A stretch of DNA of 63,876 bases, the filler included, from Reticulomyxa filosa (lineage: Eukaryota; Protista; Foraminifera), in NCBI GenBank assembly GCA_000512085.1. It is 25 parts of 25 records of this genome, joined end to end, with 100 filler letters (N's around TTAATTAATTAA, not from the genome) between each part and the next. Parts side by side here need not be neighbours in the genome. Positions count along the whole stretch, not along the records: positions 48,226 to 51,499 come from ASPP01009018.1; positions 51,600 to 53,234 come from ASPP01039754.1; positions 53,335 to 55,428 come from ASPP01049260.1; positions 55,529 to 59,363 come from ASPP01024734.1; positions 59,464 to 60,789 come from ASPP01022406.1; 20 more parts are not named here. One strand, given 5' to 3'. Position 1 is the first letter of the stretch; the number at the start of each line of letters is the position of its first letter. A model generated the notes under the pieces. It was not told the origin of the DNA. It saw only the letters and a program-made list of their open reading frames with translations, and made no database searches. Both the position numbers and the translations under genes were made by a program. Of this stretch, positions 49,544-60,789 are shown one piece after another.

Positions 49544-51358
49544 TTAAAATTTGATAAGTTCATTTTGACGCAGCGTAGCAACCCTTTTCAAAAAAGCCAA
49601 AGAATTGTTAGCTTTTTTGGCACTAGAATTCTTTTTACGGATGCCAAACAAGGAATCTTCAAAAGCGTCAATGATGCCTTCCAAAATGTCGATGTTGTCT
49701 GTTCTCGGCAGCCATTGTGTAAGTTCAAGACAAAAATCTAAGACCCAAAGTAATAACGATCTGTGTGGTTCCGGAATGGCCATAACCAATTTAATGATAA
49801 AATCATCTTGTTTTTGAGGAGACGCCTCAATATCAGCCCAAGAAATGACGGAAGGATCTAAAATAGATTTGGGCAATGATAAAAACCATCGCAATAAAGC
49901 ATACCAAGTAACAATAATTTCAGTACCAGAGAACTTGTAATACCCGCTGTTGACACTGCCAATCATTTCCTCCAACTTGGTTTTCTCAGACTCGGTCATT
50001 TCACCAACTCCAAAGCTAGAACTTTTTTGGTTTTTGTTTTTAATATTCAAGTTGTTTTTATTTTGTCGGAACAATTTTTCTTGCAGCTCTTGAGTGTCTT
50101 GGAGGATGTGCAATTTCATCATTTGAATGGTAACGGGTATTTCACTGGGATATTGCGGTACGCGAGTGCTGCACAGCACAATAGGTTCGACAGCATACTG
50201 TTTAGGTACAAAGGAGTAGGTGCATTGTACTTTGGCACGTCCGTTCCAATTGCCCCATTTGGGTTCGCATTGCAAAACATAGGTTTTGAGCACAACCGTT
50301 TTCATGCCTTGACGAGGAGGCGGGATGATATCATCCAAGCTCGTTATAAGTTTGACCTGAGCAATTAACACAATTTCCGTTTCTCGTTTCATGTACACCG
50401 CCAATCGCAACTTCTTCACATCTTTGCAGCTGCTGCTTGGCAGATTGCTCCATTCGATGGTGGACTCGTTATCATCCCCAAACATTGGATACGACTTGAT
50501 CACAGGGAACGCCGGCAGAGACCGAGCCGATATGTCTTCACCAGGATTTATTTTCGGTTTGATGTTCAAAAAGCTCTTTGGCGCGGCGTTGCCTCCCCGA
50601 GGACTGCTAACACGTGGACTACTTACACGTTCTTTCGTCGACGCTGCCGTCGTCGTTGTCGTTGTTGTTCCAGCAGTGGTGGCAGTATTGTTACTATTAT
50701 TAGTAGTAGTAGTAGTAGTACTATTTGCTGTTGTTCCTGGCGCGGTGGACACGGTGACAGAATTGGAGCTCGAGAGAGATGACGAATGTTTGCTGAAGCG
50801 AACGGCGGACTCTAACGTAGATCCCTCATTGGAGCCTTGACTGGTATGTCCACCTGTGCTGTCTTTTGAAGGTCGAGGCTTGGAGGACTCGGACAGAATG
50901 GGAGTGCCTTCGTACACACGCAGATAGTACTGCTCGCTACCGATCAGCTTCCTCGGCAAGTCGGTGCAAATCGATTTTTTTAGAGTGAACACTCCCGGGA
51001 TGGAGGGGAGCAAGTCAAAGTCTTTGCGCAGCTGCACGCTCATGCTGCCGGACAGATTTCTTTCGCGTGTGGGATTAGGAGGTTCTGTTTGATTATTCGT
51101 CGAGGAGGAGGAAGAAGAGCCGGGGATGGGATTCGAATCTTGCACGGATATGGTGAGACCTGCTCCAGACGTATTGGAAGGTTTGTTGGACGACGTCGCA
51201 TTTTTCGCAGGGAGCTTTGGTTGCACAGAAGTCGTGCTGACATTGTCAGCAATTTCCAACTCACGTTTTTTCGGTGTCTCTTTAGTTTTGTTGTTCACTG
51301 CTGTTGTCGTTATTGTTGTTGTGGTTGTTGTTGCTGTTGTTGTCGTTGTTGTTGCTGT

Positions 51359-51402
<44 letters not shown>

Positions 51403-51499
51403 GTGTTGTAGTGGGCTGCGTTTGATAACGTTTTTCTTCTTCGTCAAAGGCGTTGCGTGTGGTCCCCTTCTTTTCTTCTTCTTCTTCATCTTCGTCTTC
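49544..51499 (-). CDS. Protein with a divergent C-terminal RhoGAP-like domain (5' partial)
   Basis: The frame is open to the contig end. EKLFRQ (arginine-finger position), ALLRWFLSLPKSIL and IPEPHRSLLLWVLDF match RhoGAP boxes. The NxM..NLA.VFGP box is degenerate. Confidence 0.65.
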
Positions 51500-53334
51500 N
51501 NNNNNNNNNNNNNNNNNNNNNNNNNNNNNNNNNNNNNNNNNNNTTAATTAATTAANNNNNNNNNNNNNNNNNNNNNNNNNNNNNNNNNNNNNNNNNNNNC
51601 AATATCCAAACTTTTTTCTTGACAAATAATGAGCGGCTTTCGAATCGTCGATCCAATTATAGACTTGCACGATGTTGTTGTTTTTTATAACAAATGCGCA
51701 ACAACATTAGCTTTTCCTTGCACACTAAATCAAATAGTGGAATATAGCATCAGCAACATATTGAAACAATTGACAGATGAGTAAACGAGGACATGGACTG
51801 CGTTTTGTCGTCATCATTTTAAGCATCACTGGCGCTGCGCTTGATATTTATACCAGGAAAGAAGCTTCTATGGAGCGCACTATGAAATTAGTCCATGCAA
51901 GAGTGCACAAAGCCCATTTGCGAATGTGGATAGCCATTTGATAACTGAAGTTGACAGACGGTCTTTTTTATTTTTTAAAACAAATTCAACGCGGTATCTT
52001 CGGAATCTTCTTTCTATTCATCCATCTCATATCTTCTTCTTCTTGTTTGCTAGTGATGTTGGCTTGAGTTTCGCAAATTCATCCATCAAATTTAGCAACG
52101 ACATCGGAGTATAGTTCGATATGAGAGTGGCTTACTCGATCACATTAACATACGTCCATTCAACAATTTTTTGATTGATAATCAGATGAGGGAGGGTATT
52201 GTTTGTATTTCCTTTTTTAGACGTATTCGTTCTTGTGATCCCGGAACAGTCAGAAAATTCAATAATATCTATATATTCAACAATTATCAATGATCAATGT
52301 CGCATGCGAGCTTACAATCCCCCCAATCAGCACGCGCATCATTCAAAATACAAATTTGAGCATGTACGCATACAACCAGTTTCGATTGTTGTCTTGAGTT
52401 TACAAAATTAGCACTATTTCCATAACGACCGAGTTTCCCTTGCTCATTGGCTCCGGTATATCGCATGTGGACACAATATTTGCGGATAATTCTGTTTTTA
52501 CTTTCTTTTTTTTTTCTTCTTGGTGAACTTGCTTTAATATTTGGCGATATCAAGGTCTAGATTGTCTGTGATTGATCTGGAAGAATCTTGCCAATTGTCC
52601 CAACTCGATATGGCGATATTTTCCAACTACGAGTCCATCTGCTCTAGTCGCTGTTGTGATGATGATTACAATTTGGTCTGATCGAATTGACATGAGCATT
52701 TGCAATGATAGAGTGCACCATTTGTAGACTTATTCGTTGTCTCTCTTTTTTATTGCTTTCTTGATCGCTACTCAATACATCGTCCCTCCCCCCTCCCTTT
52801 GGAGGCAATCAATTTGAGGCAAGTATAAAATACTTGTAATACGAATATGCCACCAATTTGGCATTGTTTCAACCACTTTATCTTTGCTTGCTGACACCAC
52901 AACCTTCTTTCCAATTGCTTGATAGAAATGGTTGTATTTTTTAAGACTTATACTATATGCGTGTGTTGATCGTACATGTTCCAACTATTTTCCAATGATA
53001 TTATAAGAAACAATAATCAGCTCACCACTTTCAATCCATCAAGAATCATATTACACGATGTGGACCTTCATTTTTTTTTCAAATTGTATATCATTTAAAA
53101 CGCAAACGATGATTCATATTTGATGCACACCGTCACTATAGATTACTTTTTCAATAATGAACAAATAAATATATTGGAGAAATGACCGACGATATATTGG
53201 GTTTCCATCAGCAACAATTCAATCATGAGGTTACNNNNNNNNNNNNNNNNNNNNNNNNNNNNNNNNNNNNNNNNNNNNTTAATTAATTAANNNNNNNNNN
53301 NNNNNNNNNNNNNNNNNNNNNNNNNNNNNNNNNN

Positions 53335-55428
53335 ACCGAAGAAGATATTGCCTGTTTGATATTCCGAGCCATCACAAATGACAAAAGAATGCCATTAACA
53401 ATTACATTAACAAACTCAATAACAATAACCGAAACAAATCACAATTCAGCAAGACCATTATATTGTTTGGTGTATCCAGAAAAGTTAACATCAACGACAT
53501 TGAATCAAATTTGTCAGGATATTCATGAATTATTATTGAATGATATTCGATTGGAGCAATTAAAGAATAACTTTTATACATTTGTAATTCTGTCCTCTGA
53601 CCAAGAAAATCTTTTATGCAAAACTCTTACCGCATTCAGAGTTGTTCCCCACAGTTTATCATTTCAAATACTTCCTGGAAAAATGTTGTCTCAACTTTAT
53701 CGTAATCAATGGACCAATAATCGAGTACATGATATTTCCACAGAACCACCATGGATACAGTTGTACACATCGGAACAAGTTGCAATGGGAAAAAGTACAC
53801 TTATTCAAAGAGATATTCAAAGAATTCGAAAAATACACAAAACCAAGAAAGTGCATAAAATTTGTGTCGCATTTAATAGTAAAGATATCGATTGGATGAA
53901 AATAATGGATAGATTTTGGAGTTATTACTCTCGTTCCAATAATGTGAAAGATATTGACAAAAAAAAAAAATTGATCATTTATCATTTGAATATTTCATCT
54001 TGTGTTTCAAAAGAAATCAATGATTTTCTATTTGAATTATTATTTTTGCAACATATCAATTCTAGTTCTCAAATGTCCCAATGTTTCCATGTGAATCCCA
54101 ATATGATCTTTTTAATTGAAATTCCTTCCACTTTGGATTATTTAGATTTTGCTTTATCATTGAGAGCATTTTTTTATTTGTTCTTTTCCACTGTCAAATT
54201 TCCAATTGTTCAAGTATCTCCTCAGAATAACGAATTTGAATTTGGAAAAGAGGCGCGATATGTCATCAAATGGTTGCAAGAATTTTTCGATGGAAATTTA
54301 AAGTTTCACACTATTTTTATTTTACATTTTCCTACAAAAAAAAACCAATAAATATATGTGCATTTTCAAGATATTCTGAAAAAATACAACAAGACGCTGA
54401 TCTTGAGACTATTTCCGACCTCGAAAAGGACAGAATGAGAAGATTTATGGAAAGTAACTTTAATGAAATAAGCAAATCAAATCCAGCACATCAATGCTCT
54501 TTTTTCAAATATTTATATCAACAACTTAGACCTTTGGAAATAGATGCAAAATTTATTCAATGGAAACACGATATCACCGAGTCTGTGATTGAAATGGCCA
54601 AAATATTATGCTGTCGTCAATATCATTATATAAAACTGAATTCGAAAGAAAAAGAACAAAAAATTGAAAGCACTGGTCAAGAAGAGTTTTATTTGTGTAA
54701 GAAATGGCATGAATCCAATGAATGTTGTTTCTTGGTCAGTCAAGATGGAAGTTAATTGCCTATTTGTTTATGTATTTATATATAAGTCTTTTAAAAGGTC
54801 CGTTATTTTTGTTTTTTTGCTATTTCTTCACAGAAAGTATTTCGATATTGATTAATGATACAAAAAATGTGAATCAAAAGCAATTGGATGAATTCCAAAA
54901 GTTAAATTTTGATCTGTTCAATTGGCAACAAGATCTAAAAAAAAGAGAACTGATCTTACAAGTTTTGTTTCATTTCAGGTGTTACATTTTCACACTTCCA
55001 ATGACATAAAAAAAATAAAAAAATAAAAAAAAGGAATCAAAGTTGCAAAATAAAAATGAAGAACCAAAGTTACAAACTGAAAAAAAAAAACAATTGAAAT
55101 TATTATTTCGCATTTTGGGAATTCCAAATCAGGGAACAATGAAAGAGTGTGAAGAGAAAAAAGTGGAAACAACAGAAAGTCTTCATGATCAAATTGTGAA
55201 CAAATTATGTAATGATAAGGAATTGTCGAATTATGTATTGACATTTGACAACATTTTGAAAATGATTGCCATTTTTATGAAAATTCAAACGAATATTCCT
55301 GTGATTTTGATGGGTGAAACTGGATGCGGAAAAACATGTCTGATCAATTTTTTGGGACATGTTGCCAATGTACAGTTGATTGCTGTGGATGTTCATGCAG
55401 GATTTGGAAGACAAGAAATACGTCAAGT
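53335..55428 (+). CDS. RNF213/mysterin-like dynein-related AAA+ ATPase, internal fragment (spliced)
   Basis: LYCLVYPEKL, YTSEQVAMGKSTLI, IYHLNISSCV..FLFELLFLQHI and YVLTFDNILKMIAIFMKIQTNIPVILMGETGCGKT..VHAG parallel RNF213 AAA1-AAA2 (cf. YELTTDNMLKILAIEMRFRCGIPVIIMGETGCGKT). Confidence 0.88.
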
Positions 55429-55528
55429 NNNNNNNNNNNNNNNNNNNNNNNNNNNNNNNNNNNNNNNNNNNNTTAATTAATTAANNNNNNNNNNNNNNNN
55501 NNNNNNNNNNNNNNNNNNNNNNNNNNNN

Positions 55529-56486
55529 AAAAAGCAGATTAATGATTTGAACGCAGAAAATGGAAAACAGCTAAATCAAATTAACAGTTTGAAAGATGAA
55601 AACTATAAACAAGCAAAACAAATGGATGATTTGAAGGAAGAAAAAAAAGAACAAAAAAAACAAGTGGACAGTTTGAAAGATGAAAACAATAAACAAATGG
55701 GACAACTCAAAAACTTGGAGAAAGAGAACGAGAAACATATAAGTGAAATGAATGTTTTGAGAAAAGAGATTACACAACATCTGAATCAAATTGACAATTT
55801 CAAAGATGAAAACAACAAACAAAACAACGCTTTCAAAGAAAAAATCGAACAACATCTGAATCGAATTAACAGCTTGAAAGATGAAAACAACAGACAAGCA
55901 AAACGGAACATGATTTAGAGAAAGATGGCAAAGAACAAAACGAACAAGTGAATCGTTTGAAACAAGAAAAAGACAAACAAATGGAACGAGTCAAATGTTT
56001 GGAGAAAAATAACAAAAAGCAAAAGAAACAAGTGGGCTGTTTGAAAGAGAAAAACAACAAACAAATGGAACAAGTCAAATGTTTGAAAGAAGAAAACGAC
56101 AAGCAAATGGAACAAGTCAAATGTTTGCAAAAAGAGAACGAGAAGCAAACAACTGAAAATAGTATTTTGAAAAGGGAAAATGAACAACAGATGGAGCAAA
56201 TTAACAAATTGACAGACGAAAAACAGAAGCTGCAGACACAAGTCGATGATACGGCCAACAGGAATGAACAGCTTACATCTGAAAACGCGAAACAAAGAGA
56301 TGAGTTATACAAACATCAAGATCAAATTCAACAATTGGAATCTAATGTTCAAATGCAAAAGGTTCAACTCGATAATACCAAAGCTAAGTTAGTGCCAGTA
56401 GTAGAGTATGGACTATCCGGTATCGAGCCTATTCAAGTCTCCAAAATTGAAAGTTTATTTGTGTATATATGTACATATACGTATAC

Positions 56487-56518
<32 letters not shown>

Positions 56519-58483
56519 TTAAGGTTTACATCAATTAATCTTCTTTGACATAATCAAAAGCAGTCAACCTAATATCAATTTGATTGCTGGTAAGCAAAAA
56601 AGCAACTACCTCAAAGCCTTTGTAGGTATTGACTTTGGAACTGATGGCACAGCATTTGCGTACGGCTTTTCTGGTGGAAAAGTATATATCGGACAAAAGT
56701 GGCCAGGACAATTGCTGGCAGAATTGAAAAACAAAACAAACATATTGCTTGACAAAGATGGAAGATTTGTTGCATTTGGTCAAGAGGCAGCTGACAAATA
56801 CACTTCAAATACCGATCGTTCCTTAGAATTTTATGAAAATTTTACAATGGCTTTATACGGTCAGACTCCAAATTTTTTTATTTTTTATTTCATAATAAAT
56901 GACACAATAATAATAACAATTACAGATAAAACATTTGCGGAAGTGGACAAGAAGTGTGGCAATGAAGAAAAAGAAAGAGACTTGGAACTTTATTTGACAG
57001 CTGCAAATGGAAAGAAGAGAAGGATTTTGGATGTGTTAGTACAAGCGTTTAAGTTTATGCAAGAGCATATAATGGAAATTCTCAAAGACACCATACTGGT
57101 GGAAAAAATTGAAGATGTGCAATGGGTAGTAAGTGTGCCAGCTATTTGGTCCAATACAGCAAAAAACAGAATGAAAGAAGCGACTATCCTTGCGGGATTG
57201 ATAAATGGATCCATTCCTGATCATTTGATGATTGCATCAGAACCAGGTGTGATTCACTTTAATAATACTGGCTCTCCCCTTCAAAAAAAAAAAAATAGAG
57301 TGCGCAAGTATAGTCGCGCGTAAATATTGTAATCTTAAAAAAGGAGATAAGTATACTCTATTGGACTTAAGAGAAGGCACTGCAGATATTACTTGCCATC
57401 AAATATTGGATGAGATACATGTATTGCAAATTTATCCTCCAAGTGGTGGCCCATGGGGTAGCACATATATCGACGAAGCTTTTTGGAAAATGCTATGCGA
57501 AATATTTGGAAATGAGATAATGCAAGAGCTTAAACGTAAGCACCCAACCAAATTTATTCAATTGATGAAACATTTCCGACAGGTTAAACATGGATATTAC
57601 TCAGAATTGGAAGAAGCGCCGATGGTGAAGCTGCACGAGTTGGTGGATTTTATGGACGAACATGATATTGATATGGATACGATGAGCAAGAAGGTGCAAG
57701 CATACAAATTGGAAAATAAAAGCGGTGTATTTGAATTTGATAAAGACATCGGAGTCCTGTACTTGGGGCACGAGGGATGGAAATTTTTAATGGACAAAAT
57801 AATGGACCCTCTTATCCACCATGTGCACAAGTTGTTGATGGAGCCACAATTGCGAGGGTGTCAAACCCTGTTATGCACGGGAGAGTTTTCCACATTACCT
57901 TATGTTATTCAACGTTTAAGAGATGTACTTGTCAGAGATCATAAGATAATTACAACAATTACAAAACCAGAGTATCCTATTTTGGCAGTGGTAGAAGGTG
58001 CTACTTTATTTGGCATGGCTCCATCAATAATTGTAGAATACATCTTGGAGCACACGTATGGGCTGAAATGTGCCCGGGATTGGATAGAATCTGATGGGGA
58101 AGAAGGCAAAATCTGGAATAAGGAAAATGGAAAATACATATTCGAAGATGAATTTGAGATCTTTGCCCGCAAGAACACCGAAATAAATGTGCACAACCCT
58201 CCAATTGTGAAATGTTTTCAACCCCTTAACAGAGACGCTAAAAAAATCACAATTGAAATCCATTGCAGTGATAAGAAAATCCCAAACAATGTACTGGCTC
58301 CACCTTTTTGCGCAAGCCAACTTTAATCTACCAAACGATTGGTGGGATGGAGCGAATGGCGAAGACAAAGAAATTCCGATTATCTTCTTCTTTAGTCGAT
58401 CTGGAATCCAAATCAGGGTTAAGCTGGAAAATTATCTCGATACAGAAAATATTTTGAAAATCGCTTACTCAGACAAAAGGTAA
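55529..58483 (+). CDS. 14-aa-repeat coiled coil fused to an HSPA12-type atypical Hsp70 domain (frameshifted; possibly a pseudogene)
   Basis: VGIDFGTDG, QWVVSVPAIWSNTAKNRMKEA, ASEP|ECAS and SGGPWGSTYIDEAF. Intron 56453-56523 joins the coiled coil in frame; other introns are 56860-56925 and 57247-57298. Frame breaks near 55905 and at 58275-58310. Confidence 0.8.
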
Positions 58484-59463
58484 ATGTGAATCTAAAAGTT
58501 CTTTATTTTGTTTTAGGAGCTTTGATTAATGTTTAATAAGCAATATTTGACACGCAATGACTACGTAAGGATATTCTCTTGGAAAGGAAAATATCACAAT
58601 TTTTTTTAAAAAAGAAATAAATGTAAATGATATGCAAACTAGTTAATTAAAATATTACCTAATCAATGTATTGTTTTTTTCATTCAACTAACAAATCAAA
58701 GCAAGTTTGACAACAAGGTTTTTTTTGTACTGTTCAGTGAACATATCAGTATTGTACCCTTTTTGTATGTTCGCTTATGGAAAAGAGGAGTCCAGAGTTG
58801 AAAAGAAAGAGTGCTCAACACGAGGTACACTTTTGTTTCCTTGCTCATAATCCAAATGTAACTATTTGATTGCTCGTTCATAACTTACTGCAAAAAAAAA
58901 AACGCAAAAATTTACAAGCATGAGACTGAGACAGGGATCGATAATGCAAAAGAAACCATAAATCACACACAAGTTAAGTGTAAGTACCATTTTTGACGAC
59001 TTTTCTCTCCTTTGATTGGAGCCTCGCATCTTCGCACAGACCGACATTGGAGTCGCTGGACCAAGCATAATCCAACCAAAAGAAAACAGTATTTGGGAAA
59101 AAGTTTTGTTTACTTTATACCAAGTATATTTTACCAGTATTGTATCTTTGTATTTATCAATTTATCTATTTTTAGGTCAATTTGTTCTAAAAAAAAATAG
59201 TTTCGTTTGTACAAGCGACATGGCTGCAAACAAAAAGAGCTCGTGTATGTCGAAGAAAAAGATCCATTCGTAAATGGTAGACTGGTCAAAGGTGGGTTAA
59301 TAGTGCAAACGATGGAAGGACGATTTATATATATATCTCCGGAAGACAAATCGCTGACACAAANNNNNNNNNNNNNNNNNNNNNNNNNNNNNNNNNNNNN
59401 NNNNNNNTTAATTAATTAANNNNNNNNNNNNNNNNNNNNNNNNNNNNNNNNNNNNNNNNNNNN

Positions 59464-59861
59464 TATCTGGAGCTGCAGATAACAGTGTTCGTTTGTGGGA
59501 TATTCGATATGATCGACAAATTCAAGAATTTAATGGACATAGAAATTGTGTTTGGGCTGTTGAATATTCACCATTTGTAATAAAGAATATTGGTAAAGCT
59601 GTTGGTGGTAATTCGAATGTTATATGTTCTGGATCAGATGATAGTACAATTCGCTTTTGGGATATTCGATCAAATAAGAAAGAATTGTATGTGATCAAAG
59701 GAGATGATGAAGAAGAAGACGGAATAAGATGTATTAGATTTGTATCATTGAATAAGAAAGTAAATGATATTGAACAAAAATCAAAAGATGATTATGGTGT
59801 TCATTTATATTATGGTTCATTTAAAGGTCCAATTTGTGTTTGGGAATTAAAAAGATATTGA
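59464..59861 (+). CDS. WD40-repeat protein, 3' part (same family)
   Basis: SGAADNSVRLWDIRY..GHRNCVWAVEYSPF..NVICSGSDDSTIRFWDIRSNK..GPICVW. Confidence 0.92.
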
Positions 59862-60373
59862 CAAAGTTTGTTTTGATTTCAATTTTTTAAAATTATTTAT
59901 TTTAAAATTTGGAATATTGTTTGATTTATTTTTTTTCTTTCCAATGAAAAAGTAGAATAATTCATTTATTAATTTATGAATAAGTTACTTGATGTTTCAA
60001 ATGGATTGAAAAGAGCAAAAGAACAATTATTTGCAAATATCTCTTTTTGTAATTCGAGCAACTAGAAAGAGAATAAATTATTGATTTCACAAACTAGGAT
60101 AATTATATTGTTTTGTTTTTATAATAGATAATGAATTTACTTTTAATCAATTATTTGTTGACTGATCAAAAAAATAACACGTTTTAAATTTTAATAAATG
60201 GAAAGTTACGATTCTGGAAATAAAAACATTTACATTGTTCTTTTTTAAAATGAATGAATGTTTTTGATACAAAAGGTAAATCAAATCAAGTGTCCTCTTC
60301 ACCCATTTATGTTCTCAAAATAATTTTCACAAGTAATACAGCAATTCAAATGTTCTTTGTTGAAAAAATGATC

Positions 60374-60789
60374 TTAACCCCAAATATGAATGTAGCCATT
60401 GCTTAAACCATAACACAAATTAATACTACTGCAATCATTGCTTTTTATTTCCTTTTTTTTTGTTTTTAATTGTATAAATTTAAGAGAAAGTATTCCATCT
60501 TCTTTTTTAATCTTATGCAATTGCTTCTTATTTGCTCGAATATCCCAAAAACGAATTGTGCTATCAAGTGATCCAGAACATATAACATTCGAGTTATCAC
60601 CAACAACTTCATCAATACTCTTTATTACAAATGGTGAATATTCAACAGCACATACAATATCTGTATGTCCATTGAACACTTGAATTTGTTGACCAGATCG
60701 AATGTCCCACAAACGAACACTTTCATCAAACGATCCAGATAATATTGTATTAAATAATTCATTTGATCCATATTTTACACTCCTAATCC
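60374..60789 (-). CDS. WD40-repeat protein, 3' part (same family, convergent with 59464-59861)
   Basis: IRSVKYGSN..SGSFDESVRLWDIRS..GHTDIVCAVEYSPF..SGSLDSTIRFWD..NLCYGLSNGYIHIWG*. Confidence 0.92.

Noticed and set aside
9560-58310. Programmed ribosomal frameshifting or RNA editing to explain single-base frame breaks (9565, 24598, 39903, 47630, 48063, 58275)
   Set aside because: Most lie in or beside homopolymers and they also affect the bacterial contigs. Sequencing error or pseudogenisation is the simpler explanation.
9254-60789. Diversity-generating retroelement driving the WD40 variability
   Set aside because: No template/variable repeat pair or DGR-type RT is present, and the only RT is a dead LINE. 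Adenine-specific mutagenesis cannot be shown without a template.
53335-60789. Treating RNF213-like, HSPA12 and WD40 genes as one physical defence island
   Set aside because: They are on separate contigs, and their order in the window is an artefact of concatenation. Only a functional hypothesis is possible.
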